From an uncultured Collinsella sp. (GTDB lineage: Bacteria > Actinomycetota > Coriobacteriia > Coriobacteriales > Coriobacteriaceae): a stretch of 64,000 nt of DNA. Below the pieces are notes generated by a model. The model worked only from the letters and a program-made list of their open reading frames with translations. It did not search any database and had not been told where the DNA came from. A program made the translations under genes and the position numbers. The stretch is from contig CAUBOH010000007.1 of assembly GCA_958437495.1 (NCBI GenBank), forward strand, positions 12,293 through 76,292, read 5' to 3'. Of this stretch, positions 26,709 to 35,542 are shown piece by piece (position 1 is the first letter of the stretch; the number at the start of each line of letters is the position of its first letter).

Positions 26709-27791
26709 ATGCGCACAATTGGAATGAGCGACTATACCGTCGGCGAAGACTGCTTTGACGAGCTACCTGACGCGCTGGCCGAGTACGGAGCTACCAAGGT
26801 CGCGATCATCGGTGGCAAGCGGGCACTAGCCGCAGCACTTCCCGGTATCGAGGCTGCGCTGGCAGGTACCAACGTCGAGATTCTAGAGACGCGCGTCTAT
26901 GGCACCAACAGCACGCGTGCCAATATCGCCAAGGTCGTGAACTCCCCTGCCTGCCAGGAAGCTGACGTGCTTATCGCATGCGGCGGCGGCAAGGCGCTCG
27001 ATACCGTTAAGACGGCGGCCATCGAGCTCAAGAAGATCGTCTTTACGGTGCCGACGATCTGCTCCAACTGCTCGGCCGCGACCGCCATTGCCGTTGTCTA
27101 CAATGACGACGGCTCGCTCGAGGGCTATTCATACCCCAACCGACCTGCGCATATCTTCATCAATCCCGAGATCATCGCCGAGGCTCCGGCGGAGTACTTC
27201 TGGGCTGGCGTGGGCGATGCCCTGTCCAAGCAGCCCGAGGTCGAGTACGCCACGAGTGCCGGCAACCTGGAGCACACTGCCGGTCTTGGCCTGGCACTCG
27301 CCCACACCTGCTCCGAACCGCTGTTCACGTACGGTATTCAGGGTCTTGAGGACGTTCGCCAGAATCTGTCGAGCGAGGCCGTCAAGCAGATCGCGCTCGA
27401 CATCGTGGTCAACACGGGCTACGTCTCCAACCTGACCAACCAGAACGATTACTACTACAACTCGAGCGTGGCGCACGCGTTCTACAACGCCACCTGCAGC
27501 ATTCCGCGTGAGGGCACCTACCTGCACGGCGAGGTCGTAAGCCTGGGTGTGCTAGTATTGTTCGCCTACACGGGCGACACCGAGAACCTTGAGCGCTATG
27601 CTGCCCTCAACAAGCAGATGGGGCTGCCCGTAACGCTTGAGCAGGTCGGGCTTTCCGAGACTGATATCCCTGCCCTGTGCGAGTACGCGCACGCCACCAA
27701 CGAGTGGAAGCAGGGCAACCCGGAGCCCTTCACTGACGAGAAGTTCGCCGCCGCCATCAAGGCCGCCGACGCTTACGGCCACACCCTCTAG
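26709..27791 (+). CDS. Glycerol dehydrogenase-like iron/zinc-dependent alcohol dehydrogenase family protein
   Basis: CGGGKALDTVK and HAFYN...LHGEVVSLGVLV motifs resemble GldA. Start re-set to ATG 26709 after GAAAGAAGG. Confidence 0.8.
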   Translation: MRTIGMSDYTVGEDCFDELPDALAEYGATKVAIIGGKRALAAALPGIEAALAGTNVEILETRVYGTNSTRANIAKVVNSPACQEADVLIACGGGKALDTVKTAAIELKKIVFTVPTICSNCSAATAIAVVYNDDGSLEGYSYPNRPAHIFINPEIIAEAPAEYFWAGVGDALSKQPEVEYATSAGNLEHTAGLGLALAHTCSEPLFTYGIQGLEDVRQNLSSEAVKQIALDIVVNTGYVSNLTNQNDYYYNSSVAHAFYNATCSIPREGTYLHGEVVSLGVLVLFAYTGDTENLERYAALNKQMGLPVTLEQVGLSETDIPALCEYAHATNEWKQGNPEPFTDEKFAAAIKAADAYGHTL

Positions 27792-27801
27792 GTCTAGCCC
27801 A

Positions 27802-27847
27802 AAACCACCACAAAGGGGACAGACACCTTTGTGGTGGTTTTTTATTG
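27802..27847 (+). terminator. Intrinsic terminator after the gldA-like gene (copy 2 of the repeated 39-nt hairpin)
   Basis: AAACCACCACAAAGG-GGACAGACA-CCTTTGTGGTGGTTT followed by TTTTATT. Confidence 0.75.
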
Positions 27848-27960
27848 CTCCAACATTCAGTTCGCACTCGAACCCGATTCTATACGAGAAAGGGTCCGGG
27901 TACGTTTTTTGTTTATCGGTAATTCTGCGGAAGGATCACTCGGAACGGTAAACAGAAACG

Positions 27961-28010
27961 AACAAAAGGCAGAGTACCATCGTGGTGATGGTATCCTGCC
28001 TTTTGTTTTG
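27961..28010. terminator. Orphan bidirectional terminator-like hairpin in a non-coding low-GC stretch
   Basis: AACAAAAGGCAG-ag-TACCATC-gtggt-GATGGTA-tc-CTGCCTTTTGTT followed by TTTG. T-rich tails are present on both strands. Confidence 0.55.
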
Positions 28011-28072
28011 CGGAACCAAGGTCGCTTTATGCGAACTTGATCGCCACTTATATGGCGCATTGATGGCAATTG

Positions 28073-28202
28073 CTGCGTACGTGCGTACCGGGAGCCTGTA
28101 CACCTCTGGCAAGGCGTAACACACTAGACTTTGTTCCAAAGTCCGTGTGCTAAGGGGGCAGGGCCCTTAGAATTCCCGTGGAGTGTGTACGCACGTACGC
28201 AG
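28073..28202. repeat. 130-nt structured palindromic element (16-bp perfect terminal inverted repeat enclosing two hairpins)
   Basis: CTGCGTACGTGCGTAC (28073-28088) pairs perfectly with GTACGCACGTACGCAG (28187-28202). Inner hairpins are GACTTTG-ttc-CAAAGTC, flanked by ACACAC/GTGTG, and CTAAGGG-ggcaggg-CCCTTAG. Confidence 0.6.
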
Positions 28203-28305
28203 AAAAACAGCAAATTACGCTATATCAGGGCGTTCTTTCATTGGTGAGTATGGTATACACGGCTTAGTTCAACAAATATGAATTTATATATAAAGGAGAA
28301 TATTG

Positions 28306-28908
28306 ATGAAAATGTTTTTATGTTCGCACTTTTCAAGTGTAGGAAGTCTGATAAAGGAAGAAATTGAAAATAAGAAAGTCGCATTTATTCCAACAGCTTC
28401 GCTGCGTGAAGGCTACACCGGTTATGTCGGCTCGGCTCGAAAATTATTCAAAAAGTTGGGAGCAATCGTAACTGAAATTGATATTTCAACGGAGGCTTAT
28501 TCAACGATACAGTCTGTTTTTGAAGATGCGGATGTGATATATTTTACCGGCGGAAATTCTTTTTTCCTTATAGACCAGCTCCGTAAAACGGGAACGGATG
28601 AGCTGTTGAAGAAAGAATTGGCAAAGGGAAAACTGATGATCGGTGAATCGGCAGGTGCGATTATATGCGCTCCAACCATCCAATATATTGAACAAATGGA
28701 TGAAAAGCCGGAGGACTACTCACAAGAAGATGATGCAGGGCTTGATTTGATTGATTTCTATGTTCTTCCGCATTATCTTACAGCACCATTTAAGAAAGTT
28801 ACCGAGAAAATAATGACTGAGTTTTCGGATTTGAATCTATGCCCAATTAACAACCGTCAGGGAATTGTAATTGATGGTGAAGGTTCAAAGGTTATTTGCA
28901 AAGACTAA
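28306..28908 (+). CDS. Peptidase S51 (PepE-like dipeptidase), low-GC
   Basis: 200 aa: VAFIPTAS, IYFTGGNSFFLIDQL, and the nucleophile context MIGESAGAII. AAAGGAG lies 7 nt before ATG 28306. Clearly AT-rich relative to the flanks. Confidence 0.75.
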   Translation: MKMFLCSHFSSVGSLIKEEIENKKVAFIPTASLREGYTGYVGSARKLFKKLGAIVTEIDISTEAYSTIQSVFEDADVIYFTGGNSFFLIDQLRKTGTDELLKKELAKGKLMIGESAGAIICAPTIQYIEQMDEKPEDYSQEDDAGLDLIDFYVLPHYLTAPFKKVTEKIMTEFSDLNLCPINNRQGIVIDGEGSKVICKD

Positions 28909-29022
28909 TTTAAACTTCCAGTTTGCTGCACTCGCTCCTAGCAGGGTTTGGGGCAGGCACGCCCCAACAAGAAGCTGTCCCAAAGGGGCAAGAATGGGGA
29001 CTGCGGACGATTTCTTGGACCG

Positions 29023-29247
29023 TTACGTGGCCCTTCCCAGCGCGGAGCGAAACTCGGCCGGCGTGCGGCCACCGAGCGCATCGCTGCGCCTCTCCGTATC
29101 GTATCGGCCGATCCAGCCCCCGAGCTCCTCGATGAAGCGGGCGGGGGTCCATTCCGACCAGTCCCTGCCGTGCCAGAACTCCTTCTTGAGCAGGCCGAAG
29201 AAGCCCTCCATCGCCGCGTTGTCCGGGCTGCAGCCCTTGGCGGACTG
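29023..29247 (-). pseudogene. IS3-family transposase (OrfB) C-terminal fragment
   Basis: Minus frame reads PIQSAKGCSPDNAAMEGFFGLLKKEFWHGRDWS...FIEELGGWIGRYDTERRSDALGGRTPAEFR, matching the IS3 integrase-core C-terminus (cf. DNAxxESFFxxLKxE...YN..R). An in-frame TAG sits immediately upstream, with no DDE N-terminal part and no OrfA. Confidence 0.6.
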
Positions 29248-29323
29248 GATTGGCTAAACTGATGTGGACAGATCCGGGAGGGGCGCAAGAGACGGGAGGG
29301 ACTGCCTGGGTACGGCGCCTGTC

Positions 29324-29461
29324 AACTCGGTCTACGTCTTTGATGACCGGTTCGTACTCAATATCAACTTCACGGATGATGCCAAAACGGTCACCCGTGA
29401 GGAAGTGTTGGGTTCGAGTGCTGTGGACAATGTTCCAACATGCTGGGATCGAACTCGCTAG
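29324..29461 (+). pseudogene. Possible C-terminal remnant of a large serine recombinase
   Basis: NSVYVFDDRFVLNINFTDDAKTVTREEV resembles, from memory, the conserved tail (F..V.LYDD.L.I.F.F.G) of large serine recombinases of integrative elements. There is no upstream catalytic domain. Confidence 0.35.
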
Positions 29462-29882
29462 CCGGAATCACGCGGTACCCGTGACGCAGCAGCAGATCGA
29501 CAAAAACACCGTTGCCCGCGGTGAGCGTACCGCTAAAGGTGCCATCGTAGACGCGACCCGCACCGCACGAGGGGCTACGATCCTGCAAGACGCACGCAGC
29601 GATCTCGGACGGGCCGCCCGCCTGCTCGCACATGTCGAGCGCTCGTTGGGCACCCAGGCGAAACTCGCGATCGACCGAGACGCCCTCGCAGGTGCGGACC
29701 TCGCCGTTCACGATCTCGGATGGCTTGCGCGGTGTGGGCAAGCCACCAAAAACCTCGGGGCATACCAAAAGGACCTCGGTCCCTGTGCGTTCGCACGCTT
29801 CGACCAGCTCGCGATGGTAGTTATCGAGCCCGTTATACTTGCAGCTCTCGCCTATCAAGCAGGCACTTACCACGATCTTCAT
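29391..29882 (-). CDS. DUF523 (TudS/YbbK-like) Cys-rich protein
   Basis: MKIVVSACLIGESCKYNGLDN...DRSPSCG, the DUF523 signature. Start re-set to ATG 29882 after GAGGAG. The last ~17 codons overlap the recombinase-like remnant. Confidence 0.8.
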   Translation of the reverse strand: MKIVVSACLIGESCKYNGLDNYHRELVEACERTGTEVLLVCPEVFGGLPTPRKPSEIVNGEVRTCEGVSVDREFRLGAQRALDMCEQAGGPSEIAACVLQDRSPSCGAGRVYDGTFSGTLTAGNGVFVDLLLRHGYRVIPASEFDPSMLEHCPQHSNPTLPHG

Positions 29883-29900
29883 ATAACAACTCTCCTCACG

Positions 29901-29939
29901 CAAAATCGCCCCATTTGAGATGGACACTCAAATGGGGCG
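29901..29939 (-). terminator. Intrinsic terminator after ftsH
   Basis: Perfect 13-bp stem CGCCCCATTTGAG/CTCAAATGGGGCG with a 7-nt loop, followed on the minus strand by ATTTTG. Confidence 0.7.
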
Positions 29940-29960
29940 ATTGACACAGCGCAACTAGTA

Positions 29961-31868
29961 TTACTGCTGCTTTGGCATCAGCGGATTCTCGCGCGTGAGA
30001 AGATTCATAAACTCCTCGCCCGTGATCGTCTCCTTCTTGTACAGATAACGAGCCAGCTCGTGGAGCTTAAACTTGTTCTCCTTGAGGATCTGTAGGGCGC
30101 GGTCGTGCGCATCCTCGATCAGCTTGGCGACAATCGCGTCCACGCGCTCGGCCGTGCCGGGAGCGCAGGTGAGCGACGTGTCCTGGTTGAGGTACGCGTT
30201 CTGGACGGTACCGAGCGCCATCATGCCAAACTCATCGGACATACCAAAGCGTGTCACCATATTACGGGCGAGCTTAGTGGCCTGCTCAATATCGTTGGCC
30301 GCACCGGTCGTCATCTCGCCAAAGATGAGCTCCTCGGCAGCACGTCCGCCGCAGTAGACGGCGAGCTTGTCCAGAACCTCCTGGCGCGTGGTCAGGAAGC
30401 GCTCGTCCTCCTCGACCTGCATAGTGTAGCCCAGAGCACCGCTCGTGCGCGGCACGATGGTGATCTTCGTAACCGGCGCAGAGCCCTTCTGGCGGGCGGC
30501 AACGATGGCATGGCCGATCTCGTGGTAGGACACGACCTGCTTCTCGTGGTCGGACAGCACCGTGGACTTACGCTGCTGGCCGGCAATGACGACCTCCACC
30601 GACTCCTCAAAGTCGTCCTGCGTGGCGCGCTTGCGACCCTCGCGGACGGCACGCAGGGCGCCCTCGTTGATAATGTTAGCCAAGTCGGCGCCCGAGGCAC
30701 CGGGCGTGGCGCGGGCAATCGCGGTCAGGTCGATCGGCGGCTGCGTCTTCACGCTCTTGGCATGCAGCTCGAGAATGTTCTTACGGCCGGTCAGGTCGGG
30801 CAGCTCAACGGGGATACGGCGGTCAAAACGACCAGGGCGAAGCAGGGCGGGATCGAGGCTGTCGGGACGGTTGGTTGCGGCAAGGACGACGATACCCTTG
30901 TGGTTATCGAAGCCGTCCATCTCGGTCAGCAGCTGGTTGAGCGTCTGCTCGCGCTCGTCGTTGCCGCTAAAGCCGCCGCCATCGCGCTTCTTGCCGATGG
31001 TATCGATCTCATCGATAAAGACGATGCACGGGGCCTTTTCCTTGGCCTGCTTAAACAGATCACGCACCTTGGCAGCGCCACGGCCGACGAACATCTCGAC
31101 GAACTCGGAGCCCGAAATGCTAAAGAACGGCACGCCCGCCTCGCCGGCGACAGCCTTGGCAAGCAGGGTCTTACCGGTACCCGGAGGGCCAACAAGAAGA
31201 GCGCCGCGCGGCAGCTTGGCGCCGATCTCCTCGTAGCGCTGCGGCTTCTCCAGAAAGTCGACGACTTCCTTGAGAGACTCCTTGGCCTCTTCCTGGCCAG
31301 CAACGTCCTTAAAGGTCACGCCCACATCCTTGGAAGCGATCACGCGAGCACCGGACTTGCCCAGTCCGCCGCCGCCAAAACCGCCGCCGCCAAAGTTCAT
31401 CGACGGACCGTCATCACCCATGGCCTTCTTCATGCGGCGGTTAAGCCACCAACCGATGAGGAAGAAAATCGCCATGGGAAGAATGAGGGTGAGCAGGTAG
31501 TAGGTCATCAGACCCGAGTTCTTATCGGGAACGACCGACTCCAGGGACGCACCGGATTCAAGCACGCGATCGGTAAAACCCGCATCATTCGGCACACCGG
31601 TCGTCTTGTAGGCGATGTTCTCGTCCTCGCCCTTCTTGGTGTAATAAATCGTGTAATCGTCCGTGTTGTACTCGACCTTGTCGACGCTCTTCTTATCGAG
31701 CGCTTTAACAAACGTCGAGTAATCGGTCTTCGTAATCTGCTGCGTGTGACCGATGTTGGGGAACAGAACGGTCGAGAGCACGAGGTAGACGACGAAGGCG
31801 ATGAGCACGTAGAGGATCATATTCCGTCTACGTTTGTTGTCATCCATCTCCATCTGCTTGAACTCCAT
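29961..31868 (-). CDS. ftsH: ATP-dependent zinc metalloprotease FtsH
   Basis: 635 aa: two TM segments, AAA Walker A ([11 protein letters not shown]), SRH, and HEIGHAI zinc motif. Confidence 0.95.
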   Translation of the reverse strand: MEFKQMEMDDNKRRRNMILYVLIAFVVYLVLSTVLFPNIGHTQQITKTDYSTFVKALDKKSVDKVEYNTDDYTIYYTKKGEDENIAYKTTGVPNDAGFTDRVLESGASLESVVPDKNSGLMTYYLLTLILPMAIFFLIGWWLNRRMKKAMGDDGPSMNFGGGGFGGGGLGKSGARVIASKDVGVTFKDVAGQEEAKESLKEVVDFLEKPQRYEEIGAKLPRGALLVGPPGTGKTLLAKAVAGEAGVPFFSISGSEFVEMFVGRGAAKVRDLFKQAKEKAPCIVFIDEIDTIGKKRDGGGFSGNDEREQTLNQLLTEMDGFDNHKGIVVLAATNRPDSLDPALLRPGRFDRRIPVELPDLTGRKNILELHAKSVKTQPPIDLTAIARATPGASGADLANIINEGALRAVREGRKRATQDDFEESVEVVIAGQQRKSTVLSDHEKQVVSYHEIGHAIVAARQKGSAPVTKITIVPRTSGALGYTMQVEEDERFLTTRQEVLDKLAVYCGGRAAEELIFGEMTTGAANDIEQATKLARNMVTRFGMSDEFGMMALGTVQNAYLNQDTSLTCAPGTAERVDAIVAKLIEDAHDRALQILKENKFKLHELARYLYKKETITGEEFMNLLTRENPLMPKQQ

Positions 31869-31945
31869 CTACTGGGGTTGATAATGCTATCTAGAATACC
31901 CAACCCAGACGGCGATAAACCGGCGCCGGGCACGAAAGGACAGAG

Positions 31946-32431
31946 ATGGCATCACTGGAAGTCGGCAAGGTTCAGATTTACACGGGCGACGGCAAAGGCA
32001 AGACGACGGCTGCGCTGGGGCTCGCGCTGCGCGCCACGGGCTATGGACTTAACGTACTCATGCTTCAGTTTGCCAAGAAACTGCACTGCGCCGAGCATGA
32101 TGCCGCGCCGCGACTGGGGCTGCGTATTGTGCAGGCCGATCGCGACACGCCCGAGGCTTGCGCCGCGCAGATCATGGAGCTCGCACGTGAGCAGATATCG
32201 CAGGTCGACGTTCTGATTCTGGACGAACTCGGCGAGGCCATGCGCCGGGGCTTTGTGACGCGCGAGGATGTGGAGGGGCTGATCGCGCTGAAGCCCGCCA
32301 CCACGGAGCTCGTGCTCACCGGACGCGGGCTGCTGCCCCTCGCGGACCTCGCCGACCTGGTCACCGAAATGCGCCCCATCAAACATTACTTCGACGAAGG
32401 CCTCCTAGCCCGCCAAGGCATCGAATACTAA
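31946..32431 (+). CDS. cobO: Cob(I)yrinic acid a,c-diamide adenosyltransferase (CobO/BtuR family)
   Basis: 161 aa with the P-loop IYTGDGKGKTTAALGLALRA and C-terminal HYFDEG...GIEY. Confidence 0.85.
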   Translation: MASLEVGKVQIYTGDGKGKTTAALGLALRATGYGLNVLMLQFAKKLHCAEHDAAPRLGLRIVQADRDTPEACAAQIMELAREQISQVDVLILDELGEAMRRGFVTREDVEGLIALKPATTELVLTGRGLLPLADLADLVTEMRPIKHYFDEGLLARQGIEY

Positions 32432-32442
32432 ATGAACCGAAA

Positions 32443-32506
32443 GGGACGGAGGAAAACGGATCGCTTCGCCTTATCGCCTGGCCAATGATCCGTTTTCCTC
32501 CGTCCC
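32443..32506. terminator. Bidirectional terminator between convergent cobO and MATE genes
   Basis: Perfect 20-bp inverted repeat GGGACGGAGGAAAACGGATC ... GATCCGTTTTCCTCCGTCCC with a 24-nt loop. Confidence 0.65.
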
Positions 32507-32516
32507 CTACGGATTA

Positions 32517-33866
32517 TTAGGCGGTGGCGCGGCCGAGCCAGTTGCCGCTGTGGTGGTAGATGGTGAACATCGTGGCCGTGATGAGCCAGGTTACGGGGTA
32601 AACCAGCAGCAGGTGCTCAAGCGACGGATCGAACGGCATAATCGCAAACACCCAGATCACCCTGAGCACGACAGCACCAAAAATCGTGAGCAGCATGGGC
32701 TGCAAGCTCACGCCGGCACCGCGAATGGAGCCCGACGCGTTTTCGATAATCGAGAAGATCGCGTAGAACGGCGCGATGAAATGAAGAATCGTCGTGGTGT
32801 ACGCCGAAATCGAAGCATCGTCGACAAACAAACGCGACAACGGGCCCGAGAACACCAGCAGCACGGCAGACAGACCACCAATGAGCATAAACGACAGCAC
32901 GAGCGACGTATGGTAGCCCTTGCGCATGCGCTCGTAGTTGCGCGCGCCAAAGTTCTGCGCCGAGAACGTGGTGATCGACACGCCAAGCGCCTCGGTAACC
33001 ATCCAGACAATGCCATCCAAGCGACCCGAAAGACCCCACGCCGTAGTGACATCGGCACCAAACGAGTTGACCGACACCTGAATCAAAACGTTGGAAATCG
33101 AATACGCAGCAGACTGAAAGCCAAGCGGCAGACCACACGAGATCATGCTCTTACAAATGCCAGGATCAATGCCGAGTTTGGACAGCGAAAGCCGCCACGC
33201 ACCCGGTGCGTGCATCATACGAATCACGATCATCGTGGCGTTGGAGCAAATGGTCAGCGTCACCGCGATACCGCAGCCCAAAGCCTCCATATGCAGCACG
33301 GCAACAAAAATGATATCCAGCACAACGTTAACGAGGCAGCCGGAGGCAATGATCACAGCAGGCCCGCGCGTGTCGCCCACGGCGCGCAGCAGTGCCGTTC
33401 CCATATTGAGCAGCAGCGCCGCAACCATGGCGGCAAAGTAGCAACGAGCATAGGCAACGCCCTCGGCCAATAGTTCATGCGGCGTATTCATCAAAACGAG
33501 CATGGGCTCAACGAACACTATGCCAAGAATCGAGAAAACGATACCGCCCACCAGCGCGAGCGTCATGGCCGTGTGGACCGAACGACTCAGTCGCTCATCA
33601 TCGTGCTGGCCAAAATACTGACCGGTAATGACCGCGCAGCCGGCGCCGACGCCAACGCAAAAGCCAATGCAAAGCTCGGTGAGCACCATCGTGGCCTGAA
33701 TGCCGCCCAGCGCAAGCTTGCCGCCAAACTGACCGACAATATAGGTACCGATAAGCGTGTAAGCCTGCTGAAAAAACGAACTAAAAAAGATAGGAACGCA
33801 CAGCGACAGCAGCTGTTGCCAAATGACACCCTGCGTTACATCGATAGCCGTAGATTTCTTAGCCAC
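32517..33866 (-). CDS. MATE-family efflux transporter
   Basis: About 449 aa with 12 TM segments and a MATE-type N-terminus (DVTQGVIWQQLLSLCVPIFFSSFFQQ). Start re-set to GTG 33866 after GGGGAGGG. Confidence 0.9.
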   Translation of the reverse strand: MAKKSTAIDVTQGVIWQQLLSLCVPIFFSSFFQQAYTLIGTYIVGQFGGKLALGGIQATMVLTELCIGFCVGVGAGCAVITGQYFGQHDDERLSRSVHTAMTLALVGGIVFSILGIVFVEPMLVLMNTPHELLAEGVAYARCYFAAMVAALLLNMGTALLRAVGDTRGPAVIIASGCLVNVVLDIIFVAVLHMEALGCGIAVTLTICSNATMIVIRMMHAPGAWRLSLSKLGIDPGICKSMISCGLPLGFQSAAYSISNVLIQVSVNSFGADVTTAWGLSGRLDGIVWMVTEALGVSITTFSAQNFGARNYERMRKGYHTSLVLSFMLIGGLSAVLLVFSGPLSRLFVDDASISAYTTTILHFIAPFYAIFSIIENASGSIRGAGVSLQPMLLTIFGAVVLRVIWVFAIMPFDPSLEHLLLVYPVTWLITATMFTIYHHSGNWLGRATA

Positions 33867-33990
33867 ACGCCCTCCCCACCAGCGTACGTTAAACAACGAA
33901 ACGGCAATTTAAGACCAAAGTCAATACCAGCTTAGCACCGACCGGCGTCGACCGAAACACCCCGAATCAGAGCCCGGTCGAACTATCTGC

Positions 33991-34938
33991 CTAGTGATAC
34001 AAACCCGGCTGGTAGTGATACTCATTGCTCACGTGCGGGCAGAGCTGCCAAAAGGCGACGGCGCTGGCCGCGGCAACGTTGAGTGAATCGACACCGTGCG
34101 CCATCGGAATACGCACGGCTCGGTCGCAACCGGCAATAGTCTTGGCGCCCAAGCCGGCACCCTCGGTACCCATAAAGATCGCTAGGCGATCTATCTCCTG
34201 CAGCACGGGATCGTCCAGCGACACCGAATCATCCGTCAGCGCCATCGCGGCACACGAAAAACCGGCATGATGCAGCGACGCCAACCCGTCATGCGGCCAC
34301 ACGCGCGCCTCACTGCCAATACGCGTCCACGGCACCTGAAACACAGTGCCCATGCTCACACGAGCCGAGCGACGATACAGTGGATCGCAGCACGTAGGGC
34401 TCACCAGAATGCCGTCGACATTGAGCGCGGCGGCCGAGCGGAAAATAGCGCCCACGTTCGTGTGGTCGACAATACCCTCGAGCACGCATACGCGCACCGG
34501 GTGCTCCCCCGCCGCCTCGACGACGCCGTCCAAGAACTCATCAACCGGAATCTGTCGCGGGCGACGAAACGCCGCCAGCGCGCCGCGAGTCACGTTAAAA
34601 CCCGTCAACTGCTCCATGAGCTCCATGGAGGCCACGAACACGGGAACCGGACCTGCGCCCTCGCGCACGACTAGGCGCTCAAACAGCGGCATCATCTGGT
34701 CGAGCCAGCGTTCGCCCAAAAGAAAGCTCACCGGCTGGTATCCGGCACGCACCGCGCGCTCGATAACCTTGGCACTCTCGGCGATAAAGATACCCTTTTG
34801 CGGCTCCAGCACGCAGCGCAGCTCGCGCTCGGTCAGTCGCACGTAGGCATCGAGCCGCTCGTCCTCGAGCGAATCAATTCGCAGAACCTCAACGGCATCA
34901 GTCATAGCAGCCAGCCCGCACCCTTCTTTACAGCACAT
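33991..34938 (-). CDS. TrmH/SpoU-family RNA 2'-O-methyltransferase
   Basis: SpoU C-terminal knot motifs (NVGAIFRSAAA, IFMGTEGAGL, IPMAHGVDSLNVAAASAVAFW). Start is uncertain between 34938 and 34905. Confidence 0.85.
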   Translation of the reverse strand: MCCKEGCGLAAMTDAVEVLRIDSLEDERLDAYVRLTERELRCVLEPQKGIFIAESAKVIERAVRAGYQPVSFLLGERWLDQMMPLFERLVVREGAGPVPVFVASMELMEQLTGFNVTRGALAAFRRPRQIPVDEFLDGVVEAAGEHPVRVCVLEGIVDHTNVGAIFRSAAALNVDGILVSPTCCDPLYRRSARVSMGTVFQVPWTRIGSEARVWPHDGLASLHHAGFSCAAMALTDDSVSLDDPVLQEIDRLAIFMGTEGAGLGAKTIAGCDRAVRIPMAHGVDSLNVAAASAVAFWQLCPHVSNEYHYQPGLYH

Positions 34939-35014
34939 CTATACCAAACGAGGCGACGCTAAGCGCCGCCCCATGCATTCAAATAACCCGATGATAGCGT
35001 TCACGCCAGACGAT

Positions 35015-35533
35015 TTACGCCTCAACGCGACGATACGTCACGAACTCATAATCGACGCCCTCGTCGCCCTCTCCCGAGGCAATCGTGGCAACACCACCAC
35101 GCCGCGCGATCTCCCACGCGGGATCGACGTCCAAGTCGGGAAAGTACGTGTCCACGGCATGGGTGCAATGGTCGTGCGTGACCTCGGCCTCGGCGCAATA
35201 CGGCAAAAACTGCCGATATACCTCGCCGCCGCCGATCACCCAGGCAACAGACTCACCGGCAACCGCGGCGAGCGCTTCGTCAACGCTATGCACCACGTCA
35301 ACGCCCTCGGCAGCAAAGCTCTCGTCGCGCGTAAGCACGATATTGCGGCGGTTCTTGAGCGGACGCCCGCCGGGAAAACTCAGAAGTGTCTTGCGTCCCA
35401 TAATGACCGGACATCCCTTGGTACACGCCACAAAATGGCGCATATCGGCGCGATTGGACACGACCATGTCGCCCTCGCAACCAATGCCCCAGTCATCGCA
35501 CACGGCGACAATGGCAGAAAGCTTACACGTCAT
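35015..35533 (-). CDS. folA: Dihydrofolate reductase
   Basis: LSAIVAVCDDWGIG...PVIMGRKT...NIVLTR...VIGGGEVY. First ATG at 35533. Directly downstream of thyA. Confidence 0.9.
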   Translation of the reverse strand: MTCKLSAIVAVCDDWGIGCEGDMVVSNRADMRHFVACTKGCPVIMGRKTLLSFPGGRPLKNRRNIVLTRDESFAAEGVDVVHSVDEALAAVAGESVAWVIGGGEVYRQFLPYCAEAEVTHDHCTHAVDTYFPDLDVDPAWEIARRGGVATIASGEGDEGVDYEFVTYRRVEA

Positions 35534-35542
35534 GCGCGTCAC

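Noticed and set aside
27831-28139. Short ORFs in the AT-rich spacer (27831-28040 plus strand; 27857-28069 and 27936-28139 minus strand)
   Set aside because: They have no RBS and no recognisable family. They overlap one another and read through the terminator hairpin, so they are most likely non-coding.
28073-28202. Possibility that the structured element is SRP RNA, 6S RNA, tmRNA or a known riboswitch
   Set aside because: I could not find the SRP domain IV motif and GNRA apex, the 6S central bubble layout, a tmRNA tag ORF or tRNA-like end, or conserved cores of riboswitches I know (guanidine, purine, TPP, FMN, cobalamin, SAM). It is therefore reported only as an unclassified structured repeat.
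30105-32216. 703-aa plus-strand ORF, plus similar long plus-strand ORFs at 48368-50251, 50010-51941, 54547-56253, 1323-2846, 38571-39617 and 40211-41047
   Set aside because: All lie antisense to well-supported minus-strand genes (ftsH, recG, the DAK2 gene, dnaG, nadK/tlyA, ftsY, smc). None has an RBS or a recognisable domain.
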